A program made the position numbers and the translations under genes. The notes under the pieces were generated by a model. That model did not search any database and was not told the DNA's origin. It saw only the letters and a list, made by a program, of their open reading frames with translations. Of a stretch of 38,501 nucleotides of DNA, positions 17,753 to 25,673 are shown piece by piece. This stretch comes from Kiritimatiellales bacterium (GTDB taxonomy: Bacteria > Verrucomicrobiota > Kiritimatiellia > Kiritimatiellales > Pontiellaceae). Location of the stretch: positions 1 through 38,501 of the forward strand of contig DAOVNC010000001.1 of NCBI GenBank assembly GCA_030630445.1. Direction: 5' to 3'. Position 1 is the stretch's first letter, and each line of letters begins with the position of its first letter.

Positions 17753-18398
17753 GTTTTAAAGGGTTTATCTTTACCGATAATCCCTTTTTTTTTGGCCTAA
17801 AATGGGTTGGCCACGTTTTCCACACTGATCTGATGACTCGTGATATTTCCTGATACCGGAGGATGAAAATGGAAACAAAGTGGAAACTTTTTCGGTTCGC
17901 GATCATGAACGCTGTATCGGAAGTCGGAAACTTGGTCGGCATCCCGGTGATGACGTGCCACTCATCATCACCCCCGCCACCCCTATTGGGTCCCATCCGG
18001 CGGCCCCCCGTGGTATGGATCGTTCCACTGTGGAGTCCCATGCGCGCGCTCGGCGCTTCCCAGAAAACGCCTTTGCCTACCAGCAACCACGCCCTCAAAA
18101 AAAAATCGGGGAGCAGGCATGGCCTGTTGGCGGGGCTGATGTCGGTTTGGGCGGATACGAATCAAACGGCGTCGCCGGTTCAATTCTATCGGGTCGAGTT
18201 GGGATCCTGAGCAGGTCTTCCACGAAACTCGAAACCTAAATTATCACTTCACGTGTGCTTCCTGCAGGTACACTCTCATTAACATGAGTTCAATCTTTGT
18301 TGTGCCAACGAACACGAGTCCTGTTGTGTATGAGGGGTTCCCCAGATTGGCTCCAGCAACTGGGTTTATGGCATTGGCGGCATCTACCGCAGGAGCCA
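17740..18398. mobile_element. Degenerate or minimal integrative element at tRNA-Asn, bounded by a 13-bp att duplication
   Basis: ACCGCAGGAGCCA at 17740-17752 (tRNA 3' end) and 18386-18398, each followed by TTTTAAA and a similar ttatc..gata hairpin plus T-run. No integrase inside. Confidence 0.7.
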
Positions 18399-18521
18399 TT
18401 TTAAACCCAGTTATCGTCAATGATAGCAGGGTTTTTTTGGTTCTTCTGGGTTTTTTATGGTAGCCCATGTGCTGACGCGAAGCGAGGCTTGAGGGACGAA
18501 AGCAGCGACTGGAAGGAGAGG

Positions 18522-18700
18522 CAACGCACAACACATTTCAGCATGGGGCATCGCCCCATGTTCTTTAGATCCCCAGCCCAAATTGCCCTGTAGGGGCAAC
18601 ACAAACGGAGATCATGTGTTGCCCCTACAGGGCAATGAGAGAGAGACGGGCCAAAATCCTTGGGCTTTGCCCAAGGCTAAAATGTGTTGCGCCGTCAGCG
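18522..18700. repeat. Nested palindromic REP/MITE-like element
   Basis: Perfect 22-bp IR attgccctgtaggggcaacaca (18582-18603 / 18615-18636), flanked by catggggc..gccccatg and cttgggc..gcccaagg hairpins and outer caacacattt/aaatgtgttg arms. Confidence 0.8.
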
Positions 18701-18790
18701 CAAATTAGCCGCCATCAAAAGCCTCCCTGCAACACACCGATCCCACGATCACCACTAAAAACCCAGAAGAACCGTTTTTTTCAGGTTCGG

Positions 18791-19372
18791 CTATTGGCCG
18801 GGTTCTTCGGTTTTTCGGACGGATGGGTCTGGTGGTGTCATGCCGTATTTCGCCCCGCAGTCGGGACAGATTCCATGGCTGAACTCCATCTTGGTCCTTT
18901 CCATCAGATAGGTGTCAATCGGCATCCAGTTTTCGTCGTCGGAAAGTATTTTTTTGCAACAGGAGCAGAGGCAGTGGATGCCCCCAAGCTCGCGGACCTG
19001 CGAAAGGGCGGTCTGCAGGCTTTCGTTGGCTTCGGCGAGAAAAGCCTCCTTTTGCGATAGCATCAGGTTGGTTTGGCGCAGCCGACCGAGCATGACTGCC
19101 GCAAGCACCTCCAATGCAATGTAGGCCGGAGATGATGCAAACGCAAGGTAGCTGGTGGAGATCGAAAACTGGCCGTAGATATAGTGCGTGATGGGAATAA
19201 GCAACAATGCCGCCAATAATCCGGCAACAATACCGTACAGCCAAGCCATGAAGCCAATAAGGGCAATGCCCATGATAAAATAGGGTTCTTGGCTGGGAGC
19301 GACATACCGCAAGATTAGGAAATAACCCGCGGTGGCCACCCCCGCTAGCATCATTTTAACGAGCTTATTCAT
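18791..19372 (-). CDS. Membrane protein with coiled coil and C-terminal Cys/His metal-binding motif
   Basis: About four hydrophobic segments, then a coiled coil and 'LCSCCKKI....W..I..Y......FSHGICPDC'. Confidence 0.75.
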   Translation of the reverse strand: MNKLVKMMLAGVATAGYFLILRYVAPSQEPYFIMGIALIGFMAWLYGIVAGLLAALLLIPITHYIYGQFSISTSYLAFASSPAYIALEVLAAVMLGRLRQTNLMLSQKEAFLAEANESLQTALSQVRELGGIHCLCSCCKKILSDDENWMPIDTYLMERTKMEFSHGICPDCGAKYGMTPPDPSVRKTEEPGQ

Positions 19373-19399
19373 TTACTGCTTTCCAAAACGTTATATCCC

Positions 19400-20449
19400 T
19401 TAGGGATACTGTCCTGGAAACGCAAGTCCCGTGCCAGAATCTAATCCAAACATCAGGTTCATGTTTTGCAGCGCATTGCCGGCCTGGCCCTTCATCAGGT
19501 TGTCGATGTGCGAAATCACCCTCAAGCGGTTGTTTCGGGCATCGACATCCACGGTCAGGTTGCAATAGTTTGTGCCCCGCACGTCGGCAATACTGGCCGG
19601 TGTGGATGCATCCTGCACACGCACAAAGGGGTTGTTTTTATTGAATTCGCGATAGATTTCAACCACCTCGTCCGCTGTTTGGCCTTCGAGGGTGGCGTAG
19701 AGGCTCGACATGATTCCCCGGCAGACCGGAACCACCTGGGCGGTAAAGGTGATTTGCACATCCTCGTCGCACAGCGCCCCCAGTTCCTGTTCCACCTCGA
19801 CCACATGCTGGTGCCCCGCAAGTTTGTAGGCATTCATGTTGTCGTAGCGGTTGGGATAGTGGAATGCGGCGCTGGGCTTTTTTCCTGCGCCGGAGACGCC
19901 GGTTTTGCAGTCGCATATAATACTCTTCAGATCAATGATTCCGGCGGCAACCGCCGGTGCCAGCCCCAGGATGCAACTCACCGCAAAGCAGCCGGGATTT
20001 CCGACTAGCATCTGGGAATCGCCAATTTCGTGCAGCTCCGGGAGGCCGTAGACGGTTTCCGTCAGCAATGCCGGGGCTTTATGGATGGGGTCGAGGCCAA
20101 TGAAGTCGGCATACTCTGCATACTGTTCCGGTGTGCTGAACCGGAAGTCGCCGCTATAGTCGATTACCTTTGCGCCGCGCTCCAATTCCTCGCCGGCGGT
20201 TTGCATGCCGACGCCATCGGGGGTGGAAAAGAAAACCACGTCGTATGCTTCCTTTGTTTTCGGGTCGTCCGGCGACACAATCACCTCGTCGCAGAAGCCT
20301 CGCAGGTGGGGGAAGACATCGCTCATCTTCCGGCCGGTGTCCGACAGGCTCACTAGGCAGCCAATTTGCGTTTCCGGATGCCGCAGCAGCAGCTCCGTGA
20401 TCCCCACGCCGCCATATCCACCCGCACCAACAATTTTCGCCTTGATCAT
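19400..20449 (-). CDS. argC: N-acetyl-gamma-glutamyl-phosphate reductase
   Basis: 'GAGGYGG', 'DYSGDFR', 'VYGLPE', 'GNPGCF', 'GVSGAG' and 'IDNLMKGQAGNA.QNMN' motifs; AGGAG RBS before ATG 20449. Confidence 0.95.
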   Translation of the reverse strand: MIKAKIVGAGGYGGVGITELLLRHPETQIGCLVSLSDTGRKMSDVFPHLRGFCDEVIVSPDDPKTKEAYDVVFFSTPDGVGMQTAGEELERGAKVIDYSGDFRFSTPEQYAEYADFIGLDPIHKAPALLTETVYGLPELHEIGDSQMLVGNPGCFAVSCILGLAPAVAAGIIDLKSIICDCKTGVSGAGKKPSAAFHYPNRYDNMNAYKLAGHQHVVEVEQELGALCDEDVQITFTAQVVPVCRGIMSSLYATLEGQTADEVVEIYREFNKNNPFVRVQDASTPASIADVRGTNYCNLTVDVDARNNRLRVISHIDNLMKGQAGNALQNMNLMFGLDSGTGLAFPGQYP

Positions 20450-20564
20450 GATTCGCTCCTCAATAAAACGTTCGTGAAAATTAGACCACCCGTTCTTGCG
20501 AATCGACACTAAATTGGTGGAACTTCCTTTGCGGCACCAGGGATCTCCGGTAAAACCAGATTCC

Positions 20565-21065
20565 ATGAAAACAGGAATCCTATCCGATACGCACGGAAAC
20601 ATTCCCGCAACGACGAAAGCGGCGCGCATATTCGAAGCCGCCGAGGTGGGGGCCGTGCTGCACTGCGGCGATATTGGTGGTTCCGATGTGCTCGCCGAAC
20701 TAGCCGCGGTTTTCCATCCTTTGGGCGTGCCGGTCTATGCCGTACTCGGCAACGTCGATATCCATTCCTGCGACTGGAAGTTTTTCCCCTCCAACATTGG
20801 GGTGAAGCTACTCGGGCGGTTTGGTGAACTTGAATTGGACGGGCAAAAAATGGCCCTGCTGCACAGCGATGACCGGCGACGTTTCCATCAGGCCATTTCA
20901 TCCGGCGACTATGATTTTATCTTTTCCGGCCACAGCCACGAAGTCCATGACCATACCGTCGGAACCACGCGCTGCATCAATCCCGGCACCGCCGGGCGCG
21001 GGGCTCCGAACACCTGCGCCATCCTCGATCTGGCCTGCGGCGACCTCTCGGTGGTGCCGCTTTAA
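20565..21065 (+). CDS. YfcE/MJ0936-type metallophosphoesterase
   Basis: SDTHGN, HCGD, GNVD, GHSH and INPG motifs. Confidence 0.92.
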   Translation: MKTGILSDTHGNIPATTKAARIFEAAEVGAVLHCGDIGGSDVLAELAAVFHPLGVPVYAVLGNVDIHSCDWKFFPSNIGVKLLGRFGELELDGQKMALLHSDDRRRFHQAISSGDYDFIFSGHSHEVHDHTVGTTRCINPGTAGRGAPNTCAILDLACGDLSVVPL

Positions 21066-21140
21066 AGCCGGGTGAATAATTTGCTGTAAACCTTGTTTCG
21101 AGACGCTATCATCCGCCCTTTGTTTTGAGAGGAAACCATT

Positions 21141-22403
21141 ATGCTGAAAACGATAGAAATCTTCTTGGTTAAGCTGGGTGTGAAGGAACCTATTGCGGAT
21201 GAATTGGCAGGGGTTGCCCTCCTAGCGCTTATTGTGCTCGGGGCATTCTTGATCTATGGGCTATTGCGCAACTATTTGCTGAAACTAATCCATCGCGTCA
21301 CCCTCAAGACGACCAACACTTGGGACGATGCCCTCGTGGAATCGAAGGTCTTCCAGCGCTTCCTGCGCCTGATTCCGCTGACGTTTATCGCGATTTGCAT
21401 CGATCGGTCCATGCCCGGCATGGTGTTGCCCAAGCGCATTGTCTTCGCCTTGATCATCTTTGTGGGCGCGCGAGCCATCGAAGCCTTTCTCAACGCCGTT
21501 TCCGATATCTACCACCAGCGGGAAGCGGTCAACCGAAAACCCATTCGCCCGTTCATCCAAACCTTGATCATTGTCGACTACGTTTTCGCGGCCATCTTTC
21601 TCATTGGTGTCCTGCTCGACAAATCACCATGGCATTTGGTCGGTCTGCTCGGCGGAGTGACCGCCGTCACCATGCTGGTCTTCAAGGATACCATCCTCGG
21701 CTTCGTCGCCGGCATCCAGCTTGGCGCCAACGACATGGTTCGCGAGGGCGACTGGATCGAAATGCCAAAGTATGGCGCCGACGGCGACGTTATCGAAGTG
21801 GCCGTCAATACCGTCAAAGTGCGCAACTGGGACAAAACCATCACTACCATTCCGACCTACGCCCTAATCTCCGACTCCTTCAAAAACTGGCGCGGAATGA
21901 GCGAGTCCGGCGGCCGCCGCATCAAGCGCAGCATCTGTATCGATATGAACACCGTCCGCTTTGCCGACGAAACCATGCTCGAAGACTTCCGCAAGATGGA
22001 GTTGCTCACAGATTATGTGGAGAAGCGCCAAAGCGAAATCGATGCCGCCAACCAGAAGCGCGGCCTCGATCTTTCCGCGACCATGGTCAATGGGCGCCGC
22101 CAGACCAACCTCGGCATCTTCCGCGCATACTTGGTCGAATACCTCCGCAACCATCCCAGCATCCACAAAGGCATGACGTTTTTGGTGCGCCACCTTCCGC
22201 CGACCCCGCAGGGGTTGCCGATCGAAATCTACGTGTTCAGCTCCGACAAGGTCTGGGCAAACTATGAAGCCATTCAGGCCGACATCTTCGACCACATCCT
22301 CGCCGCCATCCCCGAATTTGGGTTGCAGGTATTCCAGCAACCTAGCGGCTCCGACTTTTCAAATCTAGCAGGGATCAATAGAAATCAATTGGGACAGGAC
22401 TAA
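21141..22403 (+). CDS. MscS-family mechanosensitive channel (YbdG-like)
   Basis: 'LVFKDTILGFVAGIQ', 'GDWIEMPKYGADGDV', 'NWDKTITTIPTYAL.S.SFKNWRGM.ESGGRRIKRS' motifs. Confidence 0.93.
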   Translation: MLKTIEIFLVKLGVKEPIADELAGVALLALIVLGAFLIYGLLRNYLLKLIHRVTLKTTNTWDDALVESKVFQRFLRLIPLTFIAICIDRSMPGMVLPKRIVFALIIFVGARAIEAFLNAVSDIYHQREAVNRKPIRPFIQTLIIVDYVFAAIFLIGVLLDKSPWHLVGLLGGVTAVTMLVFKDTILGFVAGIQLGANDMVREGDWIEMPKYGADGDVIEVAVNTVKVRNWDKTITTIPTYALISDSFKNWRGMSESGGRRIKRSICIDMNTVRFADETMLEDFRKMELLTDYVEKRQSEIDAANQKRGLDLSATMVNGRRQTNLGIFRAYLVEYLRNHPSIHKGMTFLVRHLPPTPQGLPIEIYVFSSDKVWANYEAIQADIFDHILAAIPEFGLQVFQQPSGSDFSNLAGINRNQLGQD

Positions 22404-22405
22404 AC

Positions 22406-23479
22406 ATGGACAATTCGAAATTTCAGGATTGGGGATTCCCCATCGACAAGATGTTTCTCTCGGCCGGGCCGTGCAGCGCGGAGAGCCAGGCACAAGTGCT
22501 CGAAACCGCGCAGGCGCTGGCGGGGCAGGGGATCAGTTTTCTGCGTGCGGGCATTTGGAAGCCGCGTACGCGTCCCGGCAGCTTCGAAGGGGTCGGCCTC
22601 AAGGGCCTCGCGTGGATGGACCACGCGCGGACGGAGACCGGCCTGAAGATCGGCACCGAGGTTGCCGAACCGTCGCACGTCGAGGCCTGCCTCGAATTTG
22701 GAATGGATATTCTTTGGGTCGGCGCACGCACCACCACCAATCCCTTTTCCGTGCAGGCCATTGCCGATGCGTTGAAAGGAACCGATGTCCCCGTCCTCGT
22801 GAAGAATCCCATCAGTGCCGATATCGGCCTGTGGATCGGTGCCATCGAACGCCTTGCCAACGCCGGCCTCACCAGGCTCGGCGCGATTCACCGCGGATTT
22901 AGCTCCACCTTGGAAATGCGCTATCGCAATGCGCCAAACTGGAAAATGCCCATCGAACTCAAGCGCCGCATGCCGGAAATTCCGCTTATCTGCGATCCCA
23001 GCCATATCTGCGGCAAGGCCGATCTCATTTCCGGCATTGCGCAGGAAGCCATGGATCTGCTCTTCGATGGCCTCATGGTCGAGGTGCATCCGGATCCGTC
23101 CAACGCACTCAGCGACGCCGCACAGCAACTCACCCCCGATCAGTTTCTTTCAATGGTTGGCTCCCTCGAACTCTCGCACGAACAGAGCGACAGCCCCGTG
23201 TTCATCAACCGCATGAGCGAACTGCGCGAAGGCGTCGACGAACTCGACAGCCAGCTGCTCGACCTGCTGGGGCAACGCATGGACATTGTCCGCAAAATGG
23301 GCAAGCTCAAGGCCGATCAGCACGTCTCCACCCTCCAGCCGCACCGCTGGCAGGAGATTGTCCGGGATCGCATCAAGAAAGGATCCGGCCTCGACCTCTC
23401 CGAAGACTTCGTCCTTCAACTTATGCAATCCATCCACGAAGAAGCCATCCGCCAGCAGGAAGCCAACCGCCTCGACTAA
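22406..23479 (+). CDS. Bifunctional type I-beta DAHP synthase with C-terminal chorismate mutase
   Basis: AGPCS, RAGIWKPRT, GART, VKNP, HRGF, DPSH, EVHPDP..ALSD motifs; C-terminal AroQ-like 'LR..VDELD..LL.LL..RM......G..K'. Confidence 0.92.
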   Translation: MDNSKFQDWGFPIDKMFLSAGPCSAESQAQVLETAQALAGQGISFLRAGIWKPRTRPGSFEGVGLKGLAWMDHARTETGLKIGTEVAEPSHVEACLEFGMDILWVGARTTTNPFSVQAIADALKGTDVPVLVKNPISADIGLWIGAIERLANAGLTRLGAIHRGFSSTLEMRYRNAPNWKMPIELKRRMPEIPLICDPSHICGKADLISGIAQEAMDLLFDGLMVEVHPDPSNALSDAAQQLTPDQFLSMVGSLELSHEQSDSPVFINRMSELREGVDELDSQLLDLLGQRMDIVRKMGKLKADQHVSTLQPHRWQEIVRDRIKKGSGLDLSEDFVLQLMQSIHEEAIRQQEANRLD

Positions 23480-23502
23480 GGTGTTTGATAAGGTGTGGAC
23501 AT

Positions 23503-23529
23503 AAAAAAAGCGCCCTTGCAGGCGCTTTT
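23503..23529. terminator. Bidirectional intrinsic terminator
   Basis: A7-GCGCC-cttgca-GGCGC-TTTT between convergent genes. Confidence 0.75.
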
Positions 23530-23560
23530 CATGTGGGGCTTCATGCCGCCTAGTCCAGAA

Positions 23561-23764
23561 CTAGAGCGGAATGACGTTAGTTGCACATGGGCCTTTTTGG
23601 CCTTCTCCAATATCAAACGAGACCTTCTGGCCTTCATCGAGTGAAGCATAACCAGAGACTTTGATTTCGGAGTGATGAACGAACAAATCAGTTCCACCGC
23701 CATCAGGAGTGATGAAGCCAAAACCTTTTTCCGAACTGAACCATTTAACTGTACCTGTATCCAT
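23561..23764 (-). CDS. Cold-shock protein (CspA family)
   Basis: GTVKWF, KGFGFI (RNP1), DLFVH (RNP2) and GQKGP.A.NV motifs. Confidence 0.96.
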   Translation of the reverse strand: MDTGTVKWFSSEKGFGFITPDGGGTDLFVHHSEIKVSGYASLDEGQKVSFDIGEGQKGPCATNVIPL

Positions 23765-24059
23765 ATCTTTACTTCCTTAATTGAATTGAACGCCTGTTTA
23801 CCGTGTTCTGGGACGCGTTGCCACAGAAATCGGTAATAAAAATTCACCATCGTAGAATTCGAGATGCTTCCTTTGGTCGCTATTGAACCGTGCCTTCGGC
23901 ACAATTATGGCTCTACGTTGTTCCCTACCCATTGGAAATCATCGTTTCGCGGGTGGGGATAAAGGAAAAAGATGCTGGGAAGGAAGCCATGAATGCCTCT
24001 GCAATGCACCCCGCCTTCAGCGGGTTTTTCAAAGGGATATCGCTATCAAATGCGACGGG

Positions 24060-25238
24060 TCAAACGGGCGGTGTGCGGGCGGATTCTTTCTGGAACTGGC
24101 GCGGGGAGATGCCGAAGTCGCGCTTGAAGGCGGCGGAAAAGTAGTGGACGGAGGAAAAGCCGCAAGCCTGCGCAATGTCCGTGGCCGAGAGCTTGTGTTC
24201 GAGCAGGAGGAGTTTGGCGTCTTCCATGCGCAGGCGGTTGAGCTCTTCGTGGATACCGCAGTTTAGCGTTTCGCGGAAGCGCATCTCCACCACCCGGCGC
24301 GAGGCACCGGCGACCGCGACGACTTCCGGCACGCCGATTTCTTCCCGATAGTGTTTGCGCAGGTAGGTGAGGGCTTTGCCCATGACAGGGTCGCGGGTGT
24401 CCAGATGGCCCGTGCTGGCCCGCCCATGGATACCCGTTGGAGGAAGTTCGAGAAGCTTGTGCCGAGGCTCGTAGCCGAGGACAAGCTGGTGAAGCATCTC
24501 TGTGCCCACAAAGCCCCGATGCCATTCGTTAAGCTCCACGCTAGTGAGCGAGACCGGGGCAAGCGCCGCAGTCTGCTGGACATCCTTGTCGATCACCACG
24601 ATCGCCACATCCTCCGGTATGCGCAGGCCGTTTTTCAGCAGTGCATTGATCACGCTATAGGACCATCCTGCATGGGGAATACAGAGGCCGACTGGTTTGG
24701 GGAGCAAGAGGATTTCCCGGACGGCTATCGCTATTGTTTCCTGGAATGACTTTTCGGGAAAGGAGTCGCGCCTGCTAACCGAAAGCCCTTTCTGTAAAGC
24801 CGCAGAATACGCTCCCCGGTTAAAATTAAAATCCAAGGGGCTTGTGGTAAATTCCGGATCGAGGAGGACATGGGCAATCCCATAGCGAACAAGCTCCTCG
24901 ATGGCCAGCTGGCCGCAGGCCTTGTAGTCAGGGACGACGCAAAACTCAGCGCTCCCTGCTACAAGCCCCACCGCGGGGATGGATAGTTTTTTGAGGCGAC
25001 GAACCAAAGCGGGGTTGTCGACGATGCCGTGGAGCAGGCCATCCCAGGGAATGTCGTTGGGGAGCCAATCCCCCCGCACCGACCAGCGCGCATCCAGCCG
25101 CAGGTTGTGTTCCTCGGCATAGGTCCGCGCCCCCTCCAGCAACCGCGGGTTGAAGAAGTCCATGACCAGACCGATCACCGCGGTCGGATGGCGAGGCGAA
25201 TTTAGCTCAGAATCCGTCTTCTTCATGCGCAATACCAT
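24060..25238 (-). CDS. XylR-type transcriptional regulator (periplasmic-binding-like domain plus AraC HTH)
   Basis: 'GL.IPEDVA', 'LTSV', and C-terminal 'SRR.VE.RF...L......L...R...A..LL......IA..CGFSS.HYFS.AFK..FGISP..F'. Start may be 25226. Confidence 0.9.
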   Translation of the reverse strand: MVLRMKKTDSELNSPRHPTAVIGLVMDFFNPRLLEGARTYAEEHNLRLDARWSVRGDWLPNDIPWDGLLHGIVDNPALVRRLKKLSIPAVGLVAGSAEFCVVPDYKACGQLAIEELVRYGIAHVLLDPEFTTSPLDFNFNRGAYSAALQKGLSVSRRDSFPEKSFQETIAIAVREILLLPKPVGLCIPHAGWSYSVINALLKNGLRIPEDVAIVVIDKDVQQTAALAPVSLTSVELNEWHRGFVGTEMLHQLVLGYEPRHKLLELPPTGIHGRASTGHLDTRDPVMGKALTYLRKHYREEIGVPEVVAVAGASRRVVEMRFRETLNCGIHEELNRLRMEDAKLLLLEHKLSATDIAQACGFSSVHYFSAAFKRDFGISPRQFQKESARTPPV

Positions 25239-25289
25239 AAAAACTTCGTACGATATTGCAAAGACAAATTGGATTTATCCGGGTAGGGC
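25226..25289 (+). promoter_or_regulatory. 41-bp operator/promoter motif copy 1 (overlaps regulator start codon)
   Basis: tgcgcaataccataaaaacttcgtacgatattgcaaagaca, then N17, then tagggc. Confidence 0.6.
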
Positions 25290-25320
25290 TAGGACTGATT
25301 CATATCGCCCGGAAATGATA

Positions 25321-25383
25321 AACCACTAATCCACACTAATTGACACTAATCTATGGCGGGGTTATTAGTGCAGATTAGTGGTT
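25321..25383. repeat. Tandem CACTAAT units with inverted ATTAGTG units
   Basis: aaccactaatccacactaattgacactaatc ... attagtgcagattagtggtt; 11-bp terminal IR. Confidence 0.75.
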
Positions 25384-25415
25384 AAATAGATCTGTTTAAA
25401 TGTCGTTGTATTTTC

Positions 25416-25500
25416 TGGAGGGACGGGCTCTGTCCCGTCCTAGCGGCCGCAAAGTTCTGTCCCGTTCCACCGCTAGGAAGACACGAAGGTCGCCCCTCCA
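25416..25500. repeat. GGAG-type REP doublet (REPIN-like)
   Basis: tggagggacgggctctgtcccgtcc ... gacacgaaggtcgcccctcca; TGGAGGG at both ends, inverted. Confidence 0.6.
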
Positions 25501-25531
25501 TTAACATCTACGAAGAGACTCGCTCTTGAAA

Positions 25532-25595
25532 TGCGCAAAACCACAAAAAATACGCGCAATGTTGCAAAGACACAGGGGGTTGGATCGAGTAGTTT
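25532..25595 (+). promoter_or_regulatory. 41-bp operator/promoter motif copy 2, upstream of the sulfatase
   Basis: tgcgcaaaaccacaaaaaatacgcgcaatgttgcaaagaca, then N17, then TAGTTT. Confidence 0.7.
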
Positions 25596-25673
25596 AGCTC
25601 TGACTGACACAAATTGGGTTTTTTAGGGTGGGTCTCACCCATTTGCCGATAATACAAACAGGAGGAAGTTTTC

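Noticed and set aside
17863-18239. ORFs of 115-119 aa inside the tRNA-Asn element (one has GGAGG upstream)
   Set aside because: Low-complexity Pro/Ser-rich translation with no recognisable motif, overlapping putative cis sites. Cannot be supported as genes.
21320-22267. 315-aa alternative-frame ORF inside the MscS gene
   Set aside because: Arg/Pro-rich composition typical of off-frame reading of high-GC3 codons.
23472-23500. Short TAAGGTGT duplication after the DAHP synthase stop
   Set aside because: Only two 8-bp copies; too weak to assign to the repeat families.
23765-24059. Possible structured 5' UTR (thermosensor) of the cold-shock gene
   Set aside because: Plausible by analogy with cspA, but I could not identify a promoter or conserved structure from the sequence.
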